Origin: a virus
Lineage: Duplodnaviria; Caudoviricetes
Virus record (IMG/VR): IMGVR_UViG_3300046820_000327
Span: 1-60,395 of that record
Length of the DNA stretch: 60,395 nt
Direction: 5' to 3' (one strand)
The translations under genes and the position numbers were made by a program. A model generated the notes under the pieces. That model was not told the DNA's origin and did no database searches. It saw only the letters and a list, made by a program, of their open reading frames with translations. Shown one piece after another: positions 47,539 to 56,603 of the stretch (positions are counted from its first letter, which is position 1; every line of letters begins with the position of its first letter).

Positions 47539-48322
47539 TGTTGCCCTCACGTTCTAGCCAAGTGGCTACAGGTTGTAATAACTCTGGATTGTTAGCAGTC
47601 AATTGCTCTAGTAAGTAAGTATATAGATTTGTGTTTTGTCTGTCAATAGCCGCACGTAACACATGATGCCATTTGTAGACATTCCAACCTTTGTAACTCA
47701 TGCGTGGTATGATGTAGTCTAAATCAGTATCAGACATATAGGTAATAAAGTTCCAGGCACCATGGAATCCAAAACTGTCTCTAACCTGACCTAGTTCAAA
47801 ACTAAACTGTTCAGCCAGTGCTGTAGGAGCAAAACTAAAGCCATGCTGTTCAAGATGTTGTTTATGTCCAGCAATAACAGCATCTTCGGCCACAGGTTCC
47901 TCTGGTGTTAAACTAACTGTGCTACTATTGGCAATAAAGTCCAGTAGTCGCCTACTGCGTAAACTAAATCCACCATTGCCCACATTCTCGCCCTCGAGTT
48001 TCCACGGCCACGGTGCACCAATGTAATCGTAGTTTAGAAAATCATCAGTCCACATGTCTTGATTGTTGGCCATACCGTCCCACTGTACGTATAGTGCATG
48101 GTCAGTGTTGATATGTTCTGCTACACCCTTTAGCATTAGATTGGCATATTCTGCCATGCTATTAACCGGGGGCATTATAACATGGCGGGCACCGGGCAGT
48201 ATTTCTCTGTCAGAAATGATCAGCACTTCAGATGGGTTAATGTGATTAAGACTATGCTCGATTGCATACTTGGTTAAATCATACCACTGCCATTCAATGG
48301 CAACCATTGTTATGTTTTTCAT
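47516..48322 (-). CDS. GT-A-like glycosyltransferase-related protein
   Basis: VQWDG, YDYIGAPW, VGNGGFSLRS, EDAVI and FGFH motifs. Confidence 0.75.
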   Translation of the reverse strand: MKNITMVAIEWQWYDLTKYAIEHSLNHINPSEVLIISDREILPGARHVIMPPVNSMAEYANLMLKGVAEHINTDHALYVQWDGMANNQDMWTDDFLNYDYIGAPWPWKLEGENVGNGGFSLRSRRLLDFIANSSTVSLTPEEPVAEDAVIAGHKQHLEQHGFSFAPTALAEQFSFELGQVRDSFGFHGAWNFITYMSDTDLDYIIPRMSYKGWNVYKWHHVLRAAIDRQNTNLYTYLLEQLTANNPELLQPVATWLEREGNNEQRIIL

Positions 48323-49215
48323 TTAACGTGATTTAAAATTACTTGTACAATAGCATCCACGTCCCAATCGGTATTGCATGGATAAGTTTGATTTTGTTCG
48401 CAGATTAGTTGACTTACTGGTCTAACTTGTCTTTCATGGCAACCGACACATGAAACACTGGCTTGTATAGTTGTACAGTTTTTACCAAGCTCGCCGTCCC
48501 TGTAAGGCAGAATATATTCTGGCCGTACATGACTTAGCAATGCTAGGATAGGACAAGCAGATGTTCCAGCAATGTGGAATGGGCCGGAGTCTACACCAAT
48601 AAACAATCGAGCATGGCTCATGAGCACATGTTCTTCTTGTAAGTTGTAGGCGCCTAGTCTGTTGACAATCAGTGGATGGTCGTTGATGCTAATGTCATTT
48701 GGGCCACCTACCAGCACAACTTTAGTATCAACAGTCTGTGTAAATACGCCTTCGAGGATTTGAAACCATGTTTGTGGTTGTATGTTTTTATTGGCCCAAT
48801 ACCAGTTACGCATGTGAATAACAATAAAATTGTCGCCGATGTTTTCTGCAATATCCTGTTCTACCCTTGCACGATCTTCGGGAGTAGGAAACAGTTCCAT
48901 ACTTTGATCGCGACCGTGGTCTAAACCAAATACTCTGTGAAAGTATGTATCAACGAAATGGTTCCTGGGATTAAACTCGTAACTGTTGTCCAAGTCGTAG
49001 ATCACATCATAATGCTTGCCAATGGGCATATCTTTATATACATTATCCACGTGTGGATTACGTCTGTAGACATCAATAAAGTCTGTACAGATATCAATAG
49101 TGGCTGTTGTGCCGTGAGCTTTTCTAAGTTCGCGGACAACACCTGTGGTCATAACAACATCGCCTAATGCGGCACGGCGTTTTACTAAAATTTTAATTGG
49201 GTTTTCAATTTTCAT
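48319..49215 (-). CDS. GT9 (ADP-heptose:LPS heptosyltransferase-like) glycosyltransferase
   Basis: RRAALGDVVMTT and FIGVDSGPFHIA motifs. Confidence 0.85.
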   Translation of the reverse strand: MKIENPIKILVKRRAALGDVVMTTGVVRELRKAHGTTATIDICTDFIDVYRRNPHVDNVYKDMPIGKHYDVIYDLDNSYEFNPRNHFVDTYFHRVFGLDHGRDQSMELFPTPEDRARVEQDIAENIGDNFIVIHMRNWYWANKNIQPQTWFQILEGVFTQTVDTKVVLVGGPNDISINDHPLIVNRLGAYNLQEEHVLMSHARLFIGVDSGPFHIAGTSACPILALLSHVRPEYILPYRDGELGKNCTTIQASVSCVGCHERQVRPVSQLICEQNQTYPCNTDWDVDAIVQVILNHVK

Positions 49216-50429
49216 AATGATTCTACACGATATTCTGGAAAGTAACGCACAAACTTATCATGTTCGTTGTATCTGCGTAATAGTATTTTACTCTTTATCT
49301 CATCGTAAAAATTCCAAGCCAATGGAACAAATACAATTTTATCTTTGCTGGTATAATTACCTAGGTAGCTTGCTGGTACCACAGGAACATGACTTCCGGG
49401 TGTGTACTTGTCTTGTTTGAGTGGGTTATCATCAATGACAAAATCCATGTATAACTTACTATAGTTCAACAAAGTGTTGCCTTTGGCGGCGGCACCATAG
49501 CCAGCAATAATATATCCCAGCCTTGCATACGTGTCGATCTGCTCTTTAAGACGTTCTACTAAAAAGTATGCGTTGCCTGCCCAACTAACGTATGTTGTTT
49601 CATTTAGTAAACCTTGCTGTGCTTCTAGTGCAATTAAGTTGTCGACGTGTCGCGGACGACTTTGTGTTTTTGCAATTACAAAAATATAACTAGTACCATG
49701 CACTGGTGCCTTAACTACATCAATTAAATTTAACCCAGCACGTTTGCATAATTCGTTCATGCTGTTGACATTATAGAAATTAATGTGCTCGTGATATATA
49801 GTATCAAACTCGCCGTTAACAACCATATCGCATTGACTGGTTTGGATATATAGCCTACTGCTTTCGCTCATTACACGTTTAGCACGTTGTAAAAATGCCA
49901 CTGGATCAGGATTGTGTGCAAAGCTATTTTGTGCAGTAATAACATCAAATGTTTGATTAAAATGTTCTAGTGCGGCATCATCCCAAAATCCACAATAGAC
50001 ATTATGTTGTTGACTACTAATAGGATATAAGTTTTCTGCAGGGTCAACTCCGTAGGTAGTGTAGCCAGCCGATTTAAACGCATTCAACTGTGTACCATCG
50101 TTGCATCCAATGTCTAGCACAGAGCTTGGCCAAAAAGGCACAGTCTCTCTAACCCAACGTGCAAACCACGCAGAATGATCCTTTAATGTTTGACTTGTAC
50201 CCGACACATACAAATAGTTCTTGTAAATTAATTCTGGGTTTACTGCATGAGTTAATTGCAAGTGATAGCAATTGTTACACAAATTAACTGCCAGCGGATA
50301 TTTTGCTTCTGGTGTCGCAACATCATCAACAAAACTGTTGGCTAATGGTTGTTCGCCAAGGTCCAATGTTTTAGTTAAATGCTCGCCACCACAGGCAAGA
50401 CATTGAGTTAAGTGTTTTACGTTTTCCAT
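49212..50429 (-). CDS. NDP-sugar C-methyltransferase (SAM-dependent, Zn-binding N-terminus)
   Basis: CLACG...LDLGEQPLAN...C..C, LDIGCNDG, FDTIYHEH and GYGAAAKGNT motifs. Confidence 0.9.
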   Translation of the reverse strand: MENVKHLTQCLACGGEHLTKTLDLGEQPLANSFVDDVATPEAKYPLAVNLCNNCYHLQLTHAVNPELIYKNYLYVSGTSQTLKDHSAWFARWVRETVPFWPSSVLDIGCNDGTQLNAFKSAGYTTYGVDPAENLYPISSQQHNVYCGFWDDAALEHFNQTFDVITAQNSFAHNPDPVAFLQRAKRVMSESSRLYIQTSQCDMVVNGEFDTIYHEHINFYNVNSMNELCKRAGLNLIDVVKAPVHGTSYIFVIAKTQSRPRHVDNLIALEAQQGLLNETTYVSWAGNAYFLVERLKEQIDTYARLGYIIAGYGAAAKGNTLLNYSKLYMDFVIDDNPLKQDKYTPGSHVPVVPASYLGNYTSKDKIVFVPLAWNFYDEIKSKILLRRYNEHDKFVRYFPEYRVESL

Positions 50430-51145
50430 TAATTTTTAATTGGATGTCCATTGGGTGCAATATTACCTTCTACACCCACTGCATCTACTTCATAGACAGT
50501 TTCTTGATCTAAGAATTTAGCCAGTACATGCTCAATGTCAATGTACCCACCGTTGTTTACACGCTCAACAAAGCAAGCAAAACTACGTTCATATACATTA
50601 ATAATGTTGTCATTGAGTGCCCGCGGCCAAGACCACAAGCGAGCCATATACTGCCAAGGCTGTGTGGTTAGTTCTACTGGAAACTGACTTTTGTGTTTGC
50701 GACCAATAACAACCTTGTCTACTACATCTGGTGCTTGATATAAAGATAGGTCAAATTGATCATTAATAATGTATCTGCCAGACATCTTGTGGATACGATC
50801 GTATGTATCTAAATCGCCGGAGTCTTTAAGCAATTTTAATGCACGACCAAAGCACATGATTTCTGTTCCATTTTTTACAATGTCCCAATTGTCTGTGCTG
50901 TTGTACATACTGCGTACATCTGGTTCGTCAGTTAAATCAATAAAGATATCGCAGGCATCTTCAAGTGCTTGTGCTTGTTCGGGTTTTAGATCCTCGCCAG
51001 TTACTTCCATAATAACTACTTCAGCACCTGGCACATGGCGACGAATACTGGCCACAGTATCTAATGTTTGCTGTAATCTATCCGCAGGGTTGAATACACC
51101 AAAGCGGCTGTTAATAGCACTAGTTACAATAAAACAATGCTTCAT
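50429..51145 (-). CDS. Hypothetical protein, possibly glycosyltransferase-like
   Basis: FIVTSAI...R..QT..T..SIR and KMSGRY motifs; located in the sugar cluster. Confidence 0.6.
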   Translation of the reverse strand: MKHCFIVTSAINSRFGVFNPADRLQQTLDTVASIRRHVPGAEVVIMEVTGEDLKPEQAQALEDACDIFIDLTDEPDVRSMYNSTDNWDIVKNGTEIMCFGRALKLLKDSGDLDTYDRIHKMSGRYIINDQFDLSLYQAPDVVDKVVIGRKHKSQFPVELTTQPWQYMARLWSWPRALNDNIINVYERSFACFVERVNNGGYIDIEHVLAKFLDQETVYEVDAVGVEGNIAPNGHPIKN

Positions 51146-52173
51146 TTACGCAACCAACGTGTGTTAATTAATGTCCAGTCCACTACTTCTTTAACACGAT
51201 CGCTAAACTTGATCTTTGGCTCCCATCCTAGACTCTTTAGTAGTCCGCCATCCAATGCATAACGCAAATCGTGACCAGGACGTGAGCTGTGGAAGTCAGT
51301 CATTTCGTAAACAAGTTCTTTACCCACTGCACCAGCAATCATTTTGGCTAGTGTTAGGTTGTCAATTTCTTCTGGGCCTACTAAGTTAAACTTAGGACAC
51401 TTAGCACCACCGTAATCACCTGTGTGTTTATAATCTTTTAGTTTATCTAAAATAAACATTAAGCCATCTGCTACGTCCTTAGCGTGAATATAATGTCGTG
51501 ATCCTGCTTTGGTTTTGCTTGGGTCACTGTGTACAGTTACTAACTCGCCGTCACGAGCTTTTTGGATTACCATTGGAATAAACTTCTCTGGGTGTTGACG
51601 TTCACCAAACACGTTCATAGTGTGTGTTACCACAATAGGAAGTTTGTAAGTGTTTTCAAACGCTACACAGATTTCCTCAGCGGCCGCTTTTGATGCTGAG
51701 TATGGATTTGTTGAATTGTAACGATCGTACTCTTTGTAGTTTACACCTTCCGGTGCTGGACCAAATACTTCATCAGTGGAGAAGTAAACAAATCGTTCCA
51801 AGTTCTTTAGTGTGCGAGCATAGTTAAGCAAGTTGGTTGTACCAACTACGTTATCCATAACAAATTCCATCGGGAATTCAATTGAACGGTCAACATGTGA
51901 TCCTGCGGCCAAATGTAGCACAATTTCCACAGGACCAATTTGGTCTTGGATCATTGGATTCAGTTCTGCTTTTAAGTCGTGGAATACAACTTTAAGACGT
52001 TTGCGTTGCTCTGGGTCGATGTCTTGCATCATATCAGCAAGACGATTTAAGTTACCACTAAAGTCCAGGCGATCTAGACTTACAATTTCCCAATCTGTGG
52101 TACGTAGGATTCTTTCAATTACGTGGTGTGCAATGAAACCTGCACCGCCAGTGATTAGCACTCTTTTTGACAT
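51142..52173 (-). CDS. rmlB: dTDP-glucose 4,6-dehydratase-like NAD-dependent enzyme
   Basis: TGGAGFI, HLAAGSHVDRSI, STDEVFG, YSASK and RPGHDLRYA motifs. Confidence 0.9.
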   Translation of the reverse strand: MSKRVLITGGAGFIAHHVIERILRTTDWEIVSLDRLDFSGNLNRLADMMQDIDPEQRKRLKVVFHDLKAELNPMIQDQIGPVEIVLHLAAGSHVDRSIEFPMEFVMDNVVGTTNLLNYARTLKNLERFVYFSTDEVFGPAPEGVNYKEYDRYNSTNPYSASKAAAEEICVAFENTYKLPIVVTHTMNVFGERQHPEKFIPMVIQKARDGELVTVHSDPSKTKAGSRHYIHAKDVADGLMFILDKLKDYKHTGDYGGAKCPKFNLVGPEEIDNLTLAKMIAGAVGKELVYEMTDFHSSRPGHDLRYALDGGLLKSLGWEPKIKFSDRVKEVVDWTLINTRWLRK

Positions 52174-52204
52174 TTAAACTCCAGTGTGTATTTGATTTTA
52201 ATAT

Positions 52205-53053
52205 TTATTTAGGCAGGAAGTTCCTGGCCGAATCATCTGAACCAAAAATAATGTAATCTCGATATTGGTCCACACGTTCTCTTAATTCTAATGGAAAGTA
52301 ATCGTCTAAATTGACCATTACAAATTGTTTTGCTACACGAGGATTAAATCCACGCTGTTGAGCGATACTGGACTTAACATCAATACTGCCCAATACATCT
52401 GCGGTGTTTAATTCGCTGTGTGCAAAACTTTTAATTTTATTTTTAATAAACTCGTCGTCGCCGATATAGGTAAAATGCCAGCCAGCATGTTCTAGCATAG
52501 CTACAGTACCATCGTCAAAATTATATGGTAACTCGTGTAATACCCAACGACTACGTCTTAGATCCTCGGGACTGGTTAACGCACCTACTTGTCCGGCTGT
52601 GGCCCAGACGCAATAACTTTCATTGTCATTTATCAACATGTAGTTAAACTTAAAGTTGAAATAGGGCATACGCAAACCGTAGGCTTGTCTAGGATTTTTT
52701 CTAATGTAGTCAACAGTCTCGGGACGAATGAATTCGTCTACGTCACTGATGATAGCAACGTCTGTTGCATCAGCGTTAACCAAACCACGTAAGATAGCAT
52801 CACGCTGGAAACGTTCATTCTGCCAAGGGTCAGAACTCATGGGCATGTTATCTACTACCACATGAATGATCTTGTCACTGTACTTTTGATAACGATGTTC
52901 GTTGTCTTTGTAGTAAAGATCTTTGGGTTGATTTTGAAATGTAGTAGTTGCTTCCACTAAAACAAAATAATCAACCTTGGCGTATAGTTCTGCTAATCGT
53001 AGATCCAGTAATTCTAGTTCGTTGTAAAATGTAAAACAGTCATAGATTTTCAT
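52205..53053 (-). CDS. GT17-family glycosyltransferase
   Basis: YDCFTFYNELELL.LRL, ERFQRD, ISDVDE and GWHFTY...KIKSFAH motifs. Confidence 0.85.
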   Translation of the reverse strand: MKIYDCFTFYNELELLDLRLAELYAKVDYFVLVEATTTFQNQPKDLYYKDNEHRYQKYSDKIIHVVVDNMPMSSDPWQNERFQRDAILRGLVNADATDVAIISDVDEFIRPETVDYIRKNPRQAYGLRMPYFNFKFNYMLINDNESYCVWATAGQVGALTSPEDLRRSRWVLHELPYNFDDGTVAMLEHAGWHFTYIGDDEFIKNKIKSFAHSELNTADVLGSIDVKSSIAQQRGFNPRVAKQFVMVNLDDYFPLELRERVDQYRDYIIFGSDDSARNFLPK

Positions 53054-53061
53054 ATAACTAT

Positions 53062-53217
53062 TTACTCATCAGATTTAGCGTCGGCTTCCAAATATTGTTT
53101 GATTACACGTATAGCTTTACGGCTAGTATCATAGACAAATTCTTTGGTGTCATCTTCTGTGGTCACAGCCAAAATAAAACCGTTCGCTACTTTTCGAACT
53201 TCAATTGATTCAAACAT
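53062..53217 (-). CDS. Small hypothetical protein, 51 aa (MFESIEVRKVANGFIL...; not in ORF track)
   Basis: GAGG RBS and an upstream TTGACT-N17-TATTAT promoter. Confidence 0.65.
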   Translation of the reverse strand: MFESIEVRKVANGFILAVTTEDDTKEFVYDTSRKAIRVIKQYLEADAKSDE

Positions 53218-53275
53218 AATTACCTCTAGAGTTAGTTGAACTACTATAATAACATAGCTAGAAATTTAAGTCAAC

Positions 53276-53297
53276 AAAAAGCCCACCGAAGTGGGCT
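53276..53297 (-). terminator. Intrinsic terminator after the porin gene
   Basis: AGCCCAC-TTCG-GTGGGCT-TTTT. Confidence 0.88.
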
Positions 53298-53321
53298 GAT
53301 TGATTTGCTCTAAATTTTGGT

Positions 53322-54260
53322 TTAGAAACGATGTGTTAAACCAACACCATACCGCTGTGCTTGGTTAGCTCTTGCTGGAGCATCTTGATTTTGGTAAGCA
53401 ATATCAACTGCTGTACGCTTGCTGAAGTTATAAGCAAAACCCACTGTGGATGTTTTTTGATCCACAACATCTTTTACACCATAACCAATTTTAAAATCAA
53501 CTTTGGTTGTGACTGGGTGCAACGCACTCAATGACCATGCTTTGTAATCAACATTAGAGATTTTGTCTTGGCTGTAGCCAGCAAATACTCGTGTTTTAGT
53601 TGGCAATGTGTATGCCGCATTTAACAATGTTGTTTCATCTGTGCCAGCTGTAGTGTAACGGAAAGCACCAAGGTGTAGGTCTTTTACTGGATTCAACACA
53701 GTATAAAATACTTGTGTATCTTCTACAGTTGCACTTTCACTTTGGCCGTTTTGGTAACCAACGATTACGCCTGCAATTGGGGTGGCTTCAATGAAAATAC
53801 CATTACCGATACGGTTGTTACGATAAGAGTGAGTTTTGTTTGCGGCACTGAACAATGGCAATACTGCAAATGCATCAAAGCGTGATTTACCGTACTGGAA
53901 CATGGCATTGTCCTTACGGCCCATATCAATGCTACCAAATTTATTTGATAGACCTACTGTACTTTGACGATCACCAAATTTACTGGCATCAGCCGATGCT
54001 GGGTTATCTGCGGCAATGCTGGTATCAATCATGAAGTTTGCACGTATACCGTCGCCTAAATCTTCAGAACCTCTGAAGAAGATGTTGCTGGTGTTGCTGT
54101 CAATTTGTGTTGCCTTGGCACTACCTGCACTGGTATTATTTGTAAAATACTGACTGATACGACCACCAATTTGCACATTTGACGAAGCAAGTACATTTGT
54201 CTGTGCTTGAGCGCCAACTGCTGTGGCCAAAAGACCAACTGCTAATAGTTTCTTAAACAT
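53322..54260 (-). CDS. Trimeric outer-membrane porin (betaproteobacterial type)
   Basis: Signal peptide, FRGSEDLGDG, RQSTVGLSNKFGSI..GR, AYNFSKRT and C-terminal GVGLTHRF. Confidence 0.92.
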   Translation of the reverse strand: MFKKLLAVGLLATAVGAQAQTNVLASSNVQIGGRISQYFTNNTSAGSAKATQIDSNTSNIFFRGSEDLGDGIRANFMIDTSIAADNPASADASKFGDRQSTVGLSNKFGSIDMGRKDNAMFQYGKSRFDAFAVLPLFSAANKTHSYRNNRIGNGIFIEATPIAGVIVGYQNGQSESATVEDTQVFYTVLNPVKDLHLGAFRYTTAGTDETTLLNAAYTLPTKTRVFAGYSQDKISNVDYKAWSLSALHPVTTKVDFKIGYGVKDVVDQKTSTVGFAYNFSKRTAVDIAYQNQDAPARANQAQRYGVGLTHRF

Positions 54261-54293
54261 TCTAGTTTTCTCCTTTAGTTGAAACTTGATAAA

Positions 54294-54323
54294 ATTTTAC
54301 ACAACAGGACACTACGGTGTCAA
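54294..54323 (-). promoter_or_regulatory. Sigma70-type promoter of the porin gene
   Basis: TTGACA-N18-TAAAAT. Confidence 0.65.
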
Positions 54324-54351
54324 GTTATTTGTGTATCAATTTTTGATTTTA

Positions 54352-54443
54352 TGCTAGCGAAGTATTCGCATACGGAAGGGCCCACGCATTTAAGACATAG
54401 AGGTCCTATATTGGTCCGACGTCAGTGTAACTGGCGTTGCTTT
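54352..54443. ncRNA. Unnamed structured non-coding element, copy A
   Basis: Shares the blocks TGCTAG, CATACGGA, TATTG, CCGACGTCA and TGGCGTTGCTTT with copy B; stems covary. Confidence 0.65.
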
Positions 54444-54477
54444 GTAAAAATATTTATTTACAACAAATTTATTTAGT

Positions 54478-54942
54478 TTATTTTTTGTTCAAATACTCAT
54501 CTATATGACTTTGTATTTGTGGCCTACGTTTTCCGTTATAATATGCTTGATGTGTTGGGCACAACGGCACAATATTATGGTCCGATGCGTCAGTTTCGTC
54601 ACCGTTGACAGCAACAATGTTCACCAATTTTTCTTCCCCGCATACACAGCAACGTTTTTCAATCTTAGTTAAATCTGGTAGCTGTATGTCGCGTTTTTGT
54701 TCATGACTCCAACGCTCAAGATACTGTTTGATTGCTGGTAATACATCCTCGGGCCAGTGACTGTGCAAATACCTGTGGTGTGTTGGGCACAATGGCAATA
54801 CATTTTCTGGGCGTTGATCCGTTTCTACTTCGTTCATGTGATGCACGTCTAGTACGCCATCCTCTCCGCATACTACGCATTTACGCTCATGGTGCTGAAA
54901 ACACACCCATCTAAATCCATTTTGAAAGTCTGTAATTTCCAT
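54478..54942 (-). CDS. Tandem Zn-binding HNH-like repeat protein
   Basis: Two CxVCGE...N..PLCPTH units; only the first keeps the HH..N..H residues. Confidence 0.75.
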   Translation of the reverse strand: MEITDFQNGFRWVCFQHHERKCVVCGEDGVLDVHHMNEVETDQRPENVLPLCPTHHRYLHSHWPEDVLPAIKQYLERWSHEQKRDIQLPDLTKIEKRCCVCGEEKLVNIVAVNGDETDASDHNIVPLCPTHQAYYNGKRRPQIQSHIDEYLNKK

Positions 54943-56600
54943 TATTTTCTACTCCTAAATTCGTCAAAAATTTCTCTACTGCTTTTGCCATCAAACCTAT
55001 TAGCTCGTAACCACTCGTACGCATTAGGCCACTTTAGTGATCTTATGTACTTGTTGCGAGCACGGTTAAATGCAAAATAGGCTTGTGCCATTTCAATATC
55101 TTCTTTGGTCGGAACTGCAAACGGCCAGTTTTTAACTTCTGTCTTGGTCTGGATAGCCATTTTAACATAGATATGTTCCCAATAGTTCAAGTAACGTTTG
55201 CTGATATCTGTTTTTTGTTCAGTTAAAATTTGTTCAAAGTCTTCAATTAAGTTAAACTTCCTAGCCGCTTCTCTACGCTTTTCCCAATACAATCCAGACC
55301 GATTACTGAATCCGTGATGTGTGCGTACACGAAGATCTCTCTCGGCCGTAATACGACAACGATTTTCGTTAAACAAATCTCTGCCAGCCTCAATAGTTGT
55401 TTCGCCAGACTGCAATTGCTTGCGTACTTTAATCAGATCCTCGAGTCCCTTAGTGTGCTCGCTAAAGGTAGGTGCGTCCCAAGGATCGCTTAGGCCCGAA
55501 CTAACTCCAAGTTGAATACAGTTATGATTCCATGTCTTGCTGTAAAAGCCCGGCTTCCATTGAATAAGTCTAGGTTCTACTATGCGAGTACCATCAGTAA
55601 CTTTTTTGATACGCTCGAGGGTCACTTCTGGATCTACCCAGTTGCTGTTAAACACATATCCGTTGCCGCGGCGATGATATAGATTTAATTGAAAACGCCA
55701 CCCGTGGTCCTCACCATGAATGTTAGTAGCACAAATCATTTCTTTATGTGGATCTGTGTAATGGCTGGGACATACCCACGCACTGTTATTAGTGTATTCT
55801 GCTCTATCCTGCCAACTGGTGTTGCCAATTTTGTTAGTTAATACGCGACCAAAACCTGTACAGTCAATGTACAAGTCTGCTTGAAGTTTTTCTAAGTTGT
55901 CATCACGAACAATATAGTCAATACTGCCACTGTTGGTTAACCCAACGTCTTTTACGTTGGTCAAAATATGTGTTAAGTTGCCAGTGTTGCGTTGATAGCA
56001 CTGGCTTTTTAATAAGCTGACCATTTGTTCAGCGTCCATGTGGAAGCTGGTGCCACCATAGTGACGTATAATCTTTTTATTATTTTCGTCATAGGGCACA
56101 CATGGATTTTGCACAAAGTATTGAGTATCCTGCAGTTCTACCAAGAAGTCGTCCATGGTTTTACCACCGGGCTTGTTTAACAAGTCCTTGTTTAAGTACA
56201 ACCAAACATTGGCCACACCCATGTCGCCATCTTGTTTGTTCCAATGCTCATAGACATCATTATAGTCAATTCCATTAAAGTAATTGACCAGGCCCTTGAT
56301 TTTTACGTTGGTTAACTGGCCGTTGCCTATGTCTTCTCCGTCGTTCAGGAAACCAAAGTTGCGAACACCAAACTTGTATATGCTACCGGTTTCCCTCATG
56401 ATCAACTGATCGTTATCAATTCCCAGCAAATCTCTCCAAACATAAGGACTTTCAAACCCCAATGTTTCGCCAACTCCTAGTCTAGGAATAGTTGGAGACT
56501 CTAGTACTGTTATACGCAGGTCAGGGCAATGGTTCTGTAGTGCCAGTGCCGTAAACCATCCTGCAAAACCTCCACCTACTATAGCTACGTGATTGATCAT
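54942..56600 (-). CDS. Tryptophan-halogenase-family flavoprotein (divergent)
   Basis: VGGGFAGW, GVGET, YKFGV, FHMDA, ADLYIDCTGF and R.GNGYVF motifs. Confidence 0.85.
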   Translation of the reverse strand: MINHVAIVGGGFAGWFTALALQNHCPDLRITVLESPTIPRLGVGETLGFESPYVWRDLLGIDNDQLIMRETGSIYKFGVRNFGFLNDGEDIGNGQLTNVKIKGLVNYFNGIDYNDVYEHWNKQDGDMGVANVWLYLNKDLLNKPGGKTMDDFLVELQDTQYFVQNPCVPYDENNKKIIRHYGGTSFHMDAEQMVSLLKSQCYQRNTGNLTHILTNVKDVGLTNSGSIDYIVRDDNLEKLQADLYIDCTGFGRVLTNKIGNTSWQDRAEYTNNSAWVCPSHYTDPHKEMICATNIHGEDHGWRFQLNLYHRRGNGYVFNSNWVDPEVTLERIKKVTDGTRIVEPRLIQWKPGFYSKTWNHNCIQLGVSSGLSDPWDAPTFSEHTKGLEDLIKVRKQLQSGETTIEAGRDLFNENRCRITAERDLRVRTHHGFSNRSGLYWEKRREAARKFNLIEDFEQILTEQKTDISKRYLNYWEHIYVKMAIQTKTEVKNWPFAVPTKEDIEMAQAYFAFNRARNKYIRSLKWPNAYEWLRANRFDGKSSREIFDEFRSRK

Positions 56601-56603
56601 ATA

